Shown here: in pieces, positions 54,107-64,000 of the stretch
Layout of the letters: each line of letters opens with the position of its first letter
Position numbering within the stretch: position 1 is the stretch's first letter
Assembly: GCA_030068145.1 (NCBI GenBank)
Contig: JAPJBO010000158.1
Location: 181,818 to 245,817 of the forward strand
Direction of reading: 5' to 3'
DNA: 64,000 nucleotides
Origin: Diplonema papillatum
Lineage: Eukaryota
Made by a program: the position numbers and the translations under genes
Notes under the pieces: model-generated
What the model saw: the letters and a program-made list of their open reading frames with translations, nothing else
Database searches by the model: none
Told to the model about the DNA's origin: nothing

Positions 54107-56903
54107 CATCCGTACGAGGCTCCGCGAGACCCGCGCCTGGCGCCGTTGTTCGAAGACGACGCCGCGGCATCCCCGCCGACGTGCAGCGACGGTGCCGCGT
54201 GGCTGGCCGCGTACCCGCTGGCCGATGACCCGGGCGCCTCGTTTTCGGCGGCGCACAAGGACTCGCTCCACTGGGGCACCTACCGGCCGCACCTCTACTT
54301 CGGCGCGCGCACGCGCACGTTCCCGGCGGCCGCGGTCACGGGCGTCGCGTGGCGCCGCCCCCGGAACCCTTCAAACGACGGCGGACTGGGCCTGCGGCAC
54401 GACTGCGGCAGCGACGTGTACCGTTACGGGTACACGTCGCACGACGGCCGCACGTACGCCGAGCAGGCAGTCCACGACAAGGGGCTCGGGGTGGTCCTGG
54501 GGATGCAGCTTGCCAAGCCCGGCCTCCTGGACCCAACCGAGGCGTTTGCGGCCGGGGTTGCGTGGGTGCAGACGGTTACCGCGGCGCCCGTCGCGGCCGC
54601 GGCTCGGCACGCGAACCTGCTCAAGAAGCACGGCCCGCTGCAGATGTCGTTCTACGCGGGCGTCGACTGCGACGACGAGACCCTGCCGCTCGGAGAGTGC
54701 CTCTCCCCGTTGAACGGAGCCCGTCCCCTCGGTCCCGCAGTCCTCCTCGTCATCCAGGACCCCGCTGCCCTGGTTGACACACAACCGCCAGCCTCCCTCC
54801 TCGCCGAATCTCTACACACTCCTTGGTCAGTCGTCGTCGTGCCCATCCACGTGCCGGTTCGGCAAGACGTGCTGTCCCGCGTGGGGTTGTCCGCACCCCC
54901 CCAAACCTTCGAGCTGAAAACGCTCGTCGTGTACACGAACGCGTCGAACGTGCACGTGGCGTGCGCGACCAACGCCTCCTCCTCCGGCGTCGCAGACGCG
55001 GCGCAGGCGCCGCCCCGCCCCGCTGCAGCGGGGGATGCCGAGTGCTCGGTCGCGGTGGTGCGCGCGGAGCAGGAGCAGGCGCGCCCGTTTTTCTTCGTGC
55101 AAGCCGCGCTGCTCGACGGCGGCGCCGCCGCCGCCGCCGCCCTCGGCGCCGCCGGCGGCGGCCGCGGCCAGGCGCAGGCGGCCGGCGCGCTGCTTCGAAT
55201 CTCGCGCGCGGCGCGCGAAGCGGAAGGCAAGGGCAGGGCCCGGTTCGAGGCGAAGTTCCGCGCGGGCTTCGGCGGCGGAAAGGGGGGATCCGGTGGAAAA
55301 GAAGGCGAAAAAGACCGCGGAAAAGAGGGCCCCGGAGGTAGAGAAGTTGGAAAAGGGGGCTCCGACGGAAAAGAGGGTGAAAAAGACGGCGGAAAAGAGG
55401 GCCCCGGAGGTAAAGACGTTGAAAAAGGGGGCTCCGGCGGAAACGAGGGTGAAAAAGACGGCGGAAAAGAGGGCTCCGGAGGTAAAGGCGTTGGAAAAGG
55501 GGGCTCCGGCGGAAAAGAGGGTGAAAAAAACGGCGGAAAAGACTCCCTCGGCGAAAAAGAAGGCGCCGCAGCCCGCGCCGCGGTTGCGAACGTGGTCGGC
55601 GGCGCCGGATTTTGGCATGGGCGGCTGCTCGTAGCTGGTCGGCGCGCGCCGGCCGAGACCGCCGAGAAGGTGTCTCTCTTCAGCTTCACCCCGTCGAGGT
55701 CGTTCTTCCCGCGCGGGTTCCTCTGGGACGAAGGGTTCCACCTCCGCGTCGTCGCGAAGTTCGACAAGGCGCTTGCCGCGGAGTCCCTCACCTCATGGCT
55801 CCTCACAGCCCGCGGCCACACCGACCCCACCGCCTGCCCTGGTGCTTGGATTCCCCGAGAGCAAGCTCTCGGCCACTCGGCAAGGAGCCGGGTTCCTCGC
55901 GAATTTCTCGCACAGAGCCCCGCGGTCGCCAACCCGCCGACCCTTCTGTCCCTCGCAGCCCTGCCCGTCCTCGCGGACGACCGAGCAGCGGCAGGCCCGG
56001 CCTGCGAGGGGTCGCCGCTGTCGGTGGGCGCGTGCGGGGATTCGGCGCTTTTCGACGCGAAACCCCTGCGGGCGGCGCTGCTGCCGGTGTTCGAGGCGTG
56101 GGCGGCGTGGCTGGTCCGCACGCAGGCCGCCGCGCCGGCGGCGTATCCGGGGGGTGCGGACGCGGCATCCGGGCTGTATGCCTGGAAGGGCCGTGACCCG
56201 GGAGACGGCCGGCTCGTGCCCATGGCGCTTAGCTCAGGGCTAGACGACTACCCCCGCAGCTACTGGCCGAGCCCGCACGAGGCCCACGTCGACCTGGCTA
56301 GCTGGGTGGCCGCGGGGTACACAGCACTCGCTGCCCTCACCTTTCGACCCAGCCACCGGCAGCGAGCAGACGCCGCCGTGCGTGCCATCGAGACCCACCA
56401 CTACCACCCCGGGTTGCGTGTGTACGCAGACCGCGGCCTCACGGCCGGGTTGGATGCCTCCCTCCGGCGGGATGTCGTCGTCCGGTGCAAATATTCAGCC
56501 GGCAACGCCGTCGACGCGGGCGTGCCGGTCGATGAAGTGGCCGGCATGCGTCAGCGCGAGGCGTGGGCGAGGAGCCCGGAGATAACCCCAGGGATGCGCG
56601 TGGAGGTGGCCAAGGGGTTGAAGCTCAAAAACGGGCGGGCCGTGCCGCGTGGCAGCAGGGGCACCGTGGCCCGGGTCGACCCGGCGCGGGCGAAGCCGGT
56701 CGAGCTGCGGACAGACGCGGGGCCCGCGTTCTGGGCGCGGCGCGCTGACGTGGCGCCGCTGCTTAGCGCGGCGCAGATGGGCGACTTCTGCCCCGCGTCG
56801 CACCCGCACTTCCTCTGGCCCCTGGCCGCGCCGGACGGGCAGGGCCTCATGACGCGCATGAAATTCGTCTCCGCCGGCGCCCCTGAGCCGGGGCTCCTCA
56901 CAG
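54107..56903 (+). CDS. MOGS: glucosidase I (GH63), main exon; contains an in-frame 66-bp x4 Gly/Lys/Glu-rich minisatellite at ~55250-55560
   Basis: Family-diagnostic SLHWGTYRPHLYFG near the N-terminus. RGFLWDEGFH. Catalytic-region SSGLDDYPR. Phase-1 donor CAG|GTATCC at 56904. Confidence 0.8.
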
Positions 56904-57558
56904 GTATCCATCCCTCCTCACCAGGGCTGGACCCCTCAAAGTTTCATACCCCACTTGGGGAGCCCTACACTCCCCTTTTTACCTTTTTCCATTTTTGCAT
57001 CATAGACGAATGGTGTCTGGGGGGGGCCTTCACGAGACGACACTGTTGACCGCACCCTAATTGAGTTGCGGTCGCCGATCCCCAACCGCCAGCATCATGT
57101 ACTTGACGCGACGCGGAACGAACTGCTGCTTAGCAGCCAATGGCCTGTGATGGCTGAGTGCACACCTAAGCACGACTGCATCCTCGTGTTGTAGCCGTGT
57201 CGTGTAAAAGGCTTCGTGGGGGCCTGGTCAACCACCTCATTCACTATAGGCACAAACCTTTCGCGACCTCGGAACAGGACCGAAAGTCTCCGTCCGAAGG
57301 ACCCGCTGATGAGCTACCTTTGGATTGGTCTGCGTTCACGAGCGAACCTCGAGACAAAGAACGAGGTACTGCGGTGGAAAATAATAAAGAGGACCAGTCC
57401 CTCAAGGTTTCATACCCTGCCTGCGGAGTCTTACCATACACGCGTTTTTGAATGGAGCACACCAGCTTTTCGGGGTGTCTTGGGCATCTTTCCTTCACTC
57501 CGGCTGGATTCCACTGTGTGTGTATCACATCGGGGTTCGATTCCTGCCCACTACACAG

Positions 57559-57886
57559 AGCACGCCGGGTATGTCTCTCTGATGCCCGTTCTACTGAAGG
57601 TCATCCCGTACGAAGGCTCCGAAGAGCGAGTCGACGCAGTGATTCGGGCGATGGGCGACGAACGAATGCTGGGCCCCCACGGCCTGCGGTCGTTGTCGAC
57701 GGCGTCGCCCTTGTACCAGACGGAAAACGCCCCCGGGGACGCGCCCTACTGGAGGGGCGCCATGTGGATCAACATGAACTACCTAGCCCTCGACGCGCTG
57801 AAGCACTACGAGGACCTCGGATCCGAGGCCGCCGCGACTTTCCGGCTGCTGCTGCAGAAACGGATCGGCCGGAGCGTCGTCGACAG
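57559..57886 (+). CDS. MOGS: glucosidase I (GH63), exon 3
   Basis: MLGPHGLRSLSTASPLYQTENAPGDAPYWRGAMWINMNYLALDALKHY matches the GH63 C-terminal ...FGLRSLSKSSPFYGQRN...[23 protein letters not shown]. A phase-compatible AG acceptor follows a pyrimidine tract. Donor CAG|GTGTTC at 57887. Confidence 0.6.
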
Positions 57887-57899
57887 GTGTTCTTTTTTG

Positions 57900-58026
57900 G
57901 GTTAACAATGCATTGTTGGTACTAAAAATTAGTAGTTGGCAGCGTACTACATGAAACTTACCAAAGCAGGTGAGTTCCGCTAGTGCGCACATACAAAAGA
58001 AAGCGCCATGCTAATTTTTTTAGCAG
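57900..58026 (+). ncRNA. SL-RNA-like element, copy d (best preserved): upstream 20-nt palindrome, CAG|GTGAGT donor embedded in a hairpin, downstream U-run
   Basis: gttaacaatgcattgttggtactaaaaattagtagttggcagcgtactacatgaaACTTACCaaagcagGTGAGTtccgctagtgcgcacatacaaaagaaagcgccatgctaatttttttag. ACUUACC can pair with GGUGAGU, placing the donor in a stem as in known SL RNAs. Confidence 0.35.
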
Positions 58027-58714
58027 TACATCTGTACTAACGGGAACCTTTTACAACGGTTGCACATGAAAGAGAAAACGAAGCCACGAAAAAAGTGCTA
58101 ATGCAGGAAACCCCCCCCAGAGAGGTTACCCTGTACACGCGAAGAACAAGAAACTTTTGCCTTATCATTTTCATCACCTTTGGTCACTTGATGCTGTTCG
58201 TCCGTTGCTTCGTTTATCAGTGCACACCCCAACTCCGGGAATGTTCTTGAATACCCACCTTCACGTGGCGACACTGTTGACCGCACCTTAATTGAGTCGC
58301 GGTCGCCGACCCCCCAACCGCCAGCATCATGTGCTTGATGCGACGCGGAACAAGTGCTGACAGCACCGCCCAGGGCCACAAAAGTGGCAAATCGACCGGT
58401 CGGGGGGTGCTTAGCAGCCAATGGCCTGATGGCTGAGAGCAACACCTAAGCAGGGCTGCATCCTCGTGTTATAGCCGTGTTGTGTAGAAGGCTTCGTGGG
58501 GGGCCTGGTCAACCACCTCATCGCAATAGGCGCAAACTTTCTCGACAGTGATTGGACAGTCGGGATGCCGGGGGCGGGTCTCCATGAAGAAGAGAAAAGT
58601 AAGGCAAGACCTCTGCTGTCTCCGGCTGCTACGACACATACTCCTACTAGAATACTTGTGCAGTCTATCACAGATTGTTGCTGCATAACAACCTCAAACT
58701 ACTACTACTACTTA

Positions 58715-59050
58715 GAATACACACCTGCTTTGTCGGAAAAAAAATACTTGAGGAGGCTGCCAGCTGCAAAAGATCAAAGAAGGTAAATGTGCTGTAGCCC
58801 ACACGAAACACAGGTGAATCTGGGTTCAGTGGCGGGCGTAAGTGTTCAACGAAAAACACCCGCTTTGTAGTTGTATTGTTTCTCCCCCTCTAGCCTCCTC
58901 AAGGCAGCCCCTCGAGTATTTCTTGTACAAACACCTGCTTTGTAGGAAGTGCCGCCAGTTGCGAAATCGCAAAGGAGGAAAAATGCAACCCACACGAAAA
59001 CACGGTACATCCTGGGTTTAAACGACCCACCTCATAGTTGTATTGTTTCA
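58715..59050 (-). mobile_element. two adjacent SINE-like family A copies (the second degenerate)
   Basis: …gaatacacacctgctttgtcggaaaaaaaatacttgaggaggctgccagctgcaaaagatcaaagaaggtaaatgtgctgtagcccacacgaaacacaggtgaatctgggttcagtggcgggcgtaagtgttcaac…, then …acacctgctttgtaggaagtgccgccagttgcgaaatcgcaaaggagg…. Confidence 0.65.
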
Positions 59051-59931
59051 TCAGGCCTGCATGCCCCATCAAAAGCATCCGAAAAGAAAACAAAAGAGCG
59101 TTTTACCACCTTGCGCGGTGTCACGGGATGTTTGGCAGCCGCTGCTAAACAACAGGGCATGCTAATCCATGTGGTTCATGTACTTACAAAAGAACTCAAT
59201 GCTAAACAAAAGAGGGTGCTCGGCACCCCGAAGGAGAGCCTGCTCGCCGGCCGCAAGCGGAAGAAGGCGAAGGCGACCACACCCGAGTCAGGGGTGCAAC
59301 GAAGAAAGAGGAAGGCCCTTAAAGCAAGCAGCTACCAGAAACGTCCGACGTCCCCAAGCACTCCGGTGCCCTCGAGAGTGAAAACGTGCAAGCCTGTCCG
59401 CACCTGTGCCCCTCCACGCAATCTCCAGAACCGCAAGAAAGCCCAGCGCCCCTGGCGCCACAAGTACTCGACCTTGACGACGCAATGACAGGTGACGACG
59501 GCATAAAATAACCTTAAGCGGCGACACAGTGCATGCTAATCCATGTGGTTCATGTACTTAAAAGAACTCAATGCTAAACAAACATAACGTGGGCGGCGCC
59601 GAAGCTTTACCAGCTTCGGCTGACACCATTTGCGCACTTAAGCATGGTTAAGAAGACGACTGAAAGCACAGACACAAAGATAGCTCAAAGCATTTGCAAA
59701 ATAACACGAAAAGCCTCTAGGCAAAAACCCGTTTTCACATTTCTCCCCCTCTAAGCCACCGTCGAAATAAGCACAAGGCAGTTCCATGTGTTTGATTGTA
59801 TATTATTAGTGGGGCGACCGGATACTCCTCGGAGAGATGGTCCCTGCACTCTAACTCGTCTCTCTCTCTCTCTCTCTGTATATTTGTACTGACGGGAACA
59901 TTTCCGGTGCAACCGTGCAAGAAGAACGAAG

Positions 59932-60097
59932 CCGAATCCGTAATCAAAACGTGACCAATGACCACATCCACAGCTACAACTCAACCGGATTCTTCTGGGA
60001 GCAGTATGACGACAACACTGGCTTGGGGGCTCGGACGCACCCCTTTAGTGGCTGGACAACGCTGATTGCCAACGTACTAACAGAAAGCTACACGTAA
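59932..60097 (+). CDS. MOGS: glucosidase I (GH63), terminal exon
   Basis: HSYNSTGFFWEQYDDNTGLGARTHPFSGWTTLIANVLTESYT* matches the GH63 C-terminus [39 protein letters not shown]. The acceptor at 59930-31 is the only phase-compatible AG. It lacks a clear pyrimidine tract, so the exact boundary is uncertain. Confidence 0.55.
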
Positions 60098-60549
60098 GAG
60101 CCAGAGCAAACACGAAGGCGGGCTGATCGGCTTTTACCGTGACACACGTGAAACGTTTGGGGGGTGGGATACTGTGCTGTGATCGCATCACGATTTGGCT
60201 GATGCGCGTATCAGCGGAGGTGTCTGTCCTGTGAGAAGGCCATGACGCTACTTTCCATTTCTCTCTCCCCCACTTCTCTCAGAAGCCTTCCGTTCTTCTC
60301 CCCAAGCTAACGCAGCGTCTAGCACGCTATGTGCGTCAGCAGCCGATCGACAAATGTTCCCCGTTTCCCCTCGAAGGTCTTTTTAGTTGCAGAACAACTT
60401 TGCGGTGAAATTAACCAAGTTCGCGAATTTGGCCCCCGGAATTGATACGTGGGAACCTCTCGGAACGCGGCGTTGCTTCGATAGACCCCCACACATAGGC
60501 AGCTGCAAAGCAAAGGGAAAAGAACGAGAAGCCCGTTCTGCGAAGAACG

Positions 60550-61350
60550 ATGGTCCTCCTGCACATGAAGAGCACGACGGAGAAGGACGAGTGGCTGTTC
60601 AGTGCACCGGCAGCCACGGAGACCGACCCGCTGCTGGAAGAGCTGGTCGAAATCCACAACCTGCGGGTCCGGCTGAAGTCGCAGATGCTCGCCTTGTGGA
60701 ACGTGCGCCACGAGAACGACGGCCAGCACATGCAGGGCAACACCGAGGAGCAGCGGGGAGACGTCGAACGGCTGTTCGAGGACATAAAGCGGCTGATGCA
60801 CGCGGACAGGGCGGCGGAGCGGGTGGCGGTCGACAAGGCGAGTTTGCAGGACTGCGCCGAGAAGGCCGAGGCCGCTGCGCGCGCCTGCTTCCCGGCCGCC
60901 TGCGGCGCCGCCGACGCGGTTGACACGCTGTGGAAGCAGCGCGAGGATCCGGACACCAACGAGGACGACCGGCTTCGGGCGTGGTACTATCTCGAACTCA
61001 TCGACCCGATGTTCCGGGAGCGCGACTTCCTCACCGCCGCCAACGCGAAGCTCTGGTGGGCGGGCAAGGAAGTGGCGCGGGGCAGGGTGCTCAGCGACTA
61101 CACGGGCAAAAACGACAAGTCGAAAGCTGTGTGCAAGCTCGCCGCCGGCGACAAGGGGTGCCCGGCCCGCGAGCCGGCGATGCGGTGCGAGGACCAGCGG
61201 GCCGTGCGCCAGTACTTCACCGCGAAGCGCGAAGAGTTCAAAACTCTCGAGCCATCCGAGCTCGCCCACCACAAGAACGTCAGGCCGAAGCCGAGCGTAT
61301 GCGCAACCCCCTCTGTTTCTATATTTTTTTTAGCCACGCGCAATGTGTGA
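60550..61350 (+). CDS. CFAP298: cilia- and flagella-associated protein 298 (C21orf59/kurly/FBB18 family); the 3' end may continue after a GTATGC donor at 61297
   Basis: N-terminal MVLLHMK matches MVLLHVK. LWWAGKEVARGRVLSDYTGKNDKSKAVCKLAAGDKGCPAREPAMRCEDQRAVRQYFTAKREEFKTLE matches LWWAAKELRRTKKLSDYVGKNEKTKIIAKIQQRGQGAPAREPIISSEEQKQLMLYYHRRQEELKRLE. The antisense ORF 60319..61272 is spurious. Confidence 0.8.
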   Translation: MVLLHMKSTTEKDEWLFSAPAATETDPLLEELVEIHNLRVRLKSQMLALWNVRHENDGQHMQGNTEEQRGDVERLFEDIKRLMHADRAAERVAVDKASLQDCAEKAEAAARACFPAACGAADAVDTLWKQREDPDTNEDDRLRAWYYLELIDPMFRERDFLTAANAKLWWAGKEVARGRVLSDYTGKNDKSKAVCKLAAGDKGCPAREPAMRCEDQRAVRQYFTAKREEFKTLEPSELAHHKNVRPKPSVCATPSVSIFFLATRNV

Positions 61351-61510
61351 GAGAGAAACCGAACCGCCCAAGTAGGACCTTCTGATCATGATCATTTGCC
61401 AATTTGCCACCTGAAACCACGTCCAGGATTTTGGGCTCAGGGTAGTGCGGTCAACGAAAACTTTGGTTTCCTTTTCTACTTTCTGCTACTCTCGCGGTGT
61501 CGAGACATTG
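61325..61510 (+). mobile_element. SINE-like family B copy immediately downstream of CFAP298
   Basis: ttttttttagccacgcgcaatgtgtgagagagaaaccgaaccgcccaagtaggaccttctgatcatgatcatttgccaatttgccacctgaaaccacgtccaggattttgggctcagggtagtgcggtcaacgaaaac matches 36360-36560. Confidence 0.65.
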
Positions 61511-62289
61511 CAAAGGTAGACCTGCCCCTGCGCCTGCTGTCTCCGGCTGCTTCGGCAGACGACACGGAAAGGCCGAAGCATGCCACAACGCGTGCAAAGA
61601 GGTAGTCTGTAGCGGCTTGTGCAGTCTATCGTCACATCTTTGACTGGGCCGCGGCTCGCTCCGCGCCCACGACGTAACGACTTACACCCGCCGTAGTAGT
61701 ACGGGACAGTAGTGGGGCGTCCGGATACTCCCGGAGAGATGGTCCCTGCACTCTAACTCGTCTCTCTCTCTCTCATACTAGTGTGTGCGTATTGCGTCTC
61801 CAATTCCGCATCGTATGCTGCAAGAGCTTCAACCGTAACGTAAAGTGGCTGGGCCTGGGCTATACCCTGCGTCAGGTGTTACCCATCATTGACTTCCAAT
61901 CACGCACACCCACACATCACTCCTTCGCACCGAGTTAGATACTGGTGAAGGCATACCCGGGGGCTGTTAAATTTCCCCCGGAGGTTATCAAGCCGAACAC
62001 TTACCCCTGCAAACATCTCGTACAGGACTTCGTGGCATATTCGGCACCGACCTCCACGGGCAAGCAGTTCTTCGGCGATGCGTCGCGATCACCCGTCGAC
62101 GCTACGGCGGCAGCCGGGGGCTCCGGCATGGTGAAGCTGAACACCAATGTCCGTCCCATCTGCCCCGGAAAACGCACGGAGACGGAGTTGGCCCCGTGAA
62201 AGTTGCATGCACCCCGGCGAATGCGGAAGGGTCGCTTTTATTTTGGCGCGGGCTGCAGGCGCGAGGTGCCATTTCTTTTTTTTTTTTTT

Positions 62290-62610
62290 TGAAAGAAAGA
62301 AGAGAAAAAAAGAAAAAGGCCGTTCCTGGTCCAGGAACGTGACGGTCAACCACAGCTTGCAAAGGTTGAGTCGGAGGCAGCACAGTGCCACAACCCCGTC
62401 CGCTTTGCCCTGTGGCTGACCGCCTCGACGAGCTTGTGTTCAGCGCGAGCGCCAAGCCCCAAGGTGCGCCACGCCTTGATGCTTTAGTTTGGGAAATCGG
62501 TAGCCACTTGACCCGTAGGCCCGTGGCTCTGCAGTACCGCCGAACACGTGAAGCTTGGCTCCCGTGTAGCAGGCTTTCCCTGGTACCAACTTTTTTTTTT
62601 TTTTGAAAAA
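62290..62610 (+). repeat. second (inverted) copy of the ~300-bp dispersed repeat at 49960-50240, bracketed by poly-T/A tracts
   Basis: see 49960-50240. Confidence 0.7.
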
Positions 62611-64000
62611 AAGAAAAAAACATTGTCACCGCCTGCTGCAGCTGGACGGTCCGCTCGCGAAACCCGCCCTCATCCGCACGGCTGCTCACTCTTGGGGCCT
62701 CCAAAGACCAGCCAAAGCCGTGTCGGCCTGTGCGTGCCTTTGTGCCAAAGAGAACATGCCGCCTTGCCGCTTGCCCTTTACGCCCGATGGCACTCGACTA
62801 GTTCCCAGTCTTTTCACTTCGAGACCCCCACCCAAGGGTCGGCCCTTCTTTTTTCTAGACCCCCTGAAGGACAGTAGTCTTCCACTTCGTAGCCGCAAGG
62901 GACCAGGCCACCAGTCTTTCCCTACGAGTTCCTTGAGCGTGGGTTTGCGGGTTTGCGGGTCGGTCTTCCACTTCGTAGCCGCAAGGGACCAGGCCACCAG
63001 TCTTTCCCTACGAGCCCCTTGCTGGGCAGAAGTCACATTCCACTCGCCACCGCTGCGCTGATGAAGCGAAATGCTGTGGTTTAATTAGCCAGTTGGATCC
63101 CTCTTGTTCGTAACAGTTCCAAGCTGACACTTCATTGCTACTGCACCCCCCCGGACACACCACTCGCGCCGTCGACGTTGACTGAACCTGGTACTAGCTA
63201 CAGACCGGTCCCCCGGTGCACAGAACCCCCTCACCTGGCGCACGAGCGAAAGACGTATCGAACTGCAGCCGTACTGGCCGGCCGTACTGTCACTGGCACT
63301 GCTTTCGATCTGGAAAGCGTGGTCAGAACTTCAAGTCGTCAGCCGACACTTGCCCGGGAGCTTTTGGAAAAGCGACAAGCTGTCTCGCAAGTAGCATTGA
63401 TAGTGACTCGTCTTCAGATTTTGTGCGTGGCGCACAAAAAATCCGACACAACAGTCTTGATGCCGCCTTCCCTCCGTTTGCGTCGCTGGCATTTCCATTG
63501 GCACACGATTCGGTTTGCTTTGTCTCACGAAATCATTGAGGCAACGTCATGCCAGACCACCCGTCCAACAATGACGGATGATGTACTGTGCATACCTCGT
63601 ACTGCGGATGCTACCAGTCCACCCACTACGTATGGATGCGATGTGTGCTAGGCGTACCTCATACTCACCTGCGTGTTGGTACTACGGGCACGGACATGCT
63701 AGTGGTTGATCCGGTGAAGTGGCTGGGGGGCCCGCAGAATTGGTGCAGTCCTACGATAGATAGATCCCGCAAGCAAAGCTAACCAATAATGCTTCTGTCT
63801 CAGCTCCACTTGCTTAATGGTTTCCTTGGTTCGTTTGCGCGACGTGGCGGACTTTCAGTTCCGGCAATCCAGAGACAGGAGACAGTTGACATCGGTGGAA
63901 TCCGGCCACATCTACCTGTAAGCTGGCCACAGCGCCTCAAGCTGCCAAGTCACCTCCAGATGGCCAACACACCAAAGCATTGAAGTCCTCTCATCATCCT

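Noticed and set aside
57520-57560. tRNA-like T-loop sequence GGGGTTCGATTCCTGCC
   Set aside because: No complementary T-stem, acceptor stem or D/anticodon arms can be drawn. The sequence sits at the predicted glucosidase exon-3 acceptor.
1-64000. Prokaryotic operon or defence-island interpretation of the co-directional gene run
   Set aside because: The genes are interrupted by GT-AG introns, which leave colinear protein alignments across the junctions. Eukaryote-specific genes are present (MVP, CFAP298, GH63 glucosidase I). Poly-A-tailed SINEs, a LINE and an 18S/28S-type rRNA fragment are also present.

Overview
This window is GC-rich eukaryotic nuclear DNA, not prokaryotic. It contains spliceosomal GT-AG introns, SINE-like and LINE retroposons, (GT)n microsatellites and mini-satellites, and no operons or CRISPR arrays.

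Eight protein genes can be recognised, all on the + strand:
- a large 5'-partial ORF (1-3715);
- an Ala-rich internally repetitive protein (3948-7514);
- enolase-phosphatase E1 of the methionine-salvage pathway (2 exons);
- a Trl1-type tRNA ligase / RNA-repair protein carrying a ligase-like N-terminus, a P-loop kinase and a 2H phosphoesterase (23451-27632);
- major vault protein (3 exons, 832 aa);
- a single-exon bacterial-type flavin monooxygenase (FMO/BVMO), followed by decaying tandem copies of its own 3' end;
- mannosyl-oligosaccharide glucosidase I (GH63, at least 4 exons);
- the cilia/flagella protein CFAP298.

Introns and spacers are filled with at least five dispersed short repeat families, a 5'-truncated non-LTR retrotransposon with 3' fragments elsewhere, and a highly degenerate LSU rRNA-like fragment.

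The structures most worth follow-up are:
- four copies of a roughly 120-bp element with spliced-leader-RNA-like architecture (upstream palindrome, a hairpin-embedded CAG|GTGAGT donor, a U-rich Sm-like site). Together with the strictly co-directional genes this suggests SL trans-splicing and polycistronic organisation;
- a roughly 4.1-kb unit bounded by perfect 17-nt terminal inverted repeats and subterminal arrays of a palindromic GGTCAATGACC motif;
- an adjacent 1.6-kb palindrome capped by G24 and C24 homopolymers;
- partial exon duplications sitting inside the introns of the MVP and glucosidase genes.
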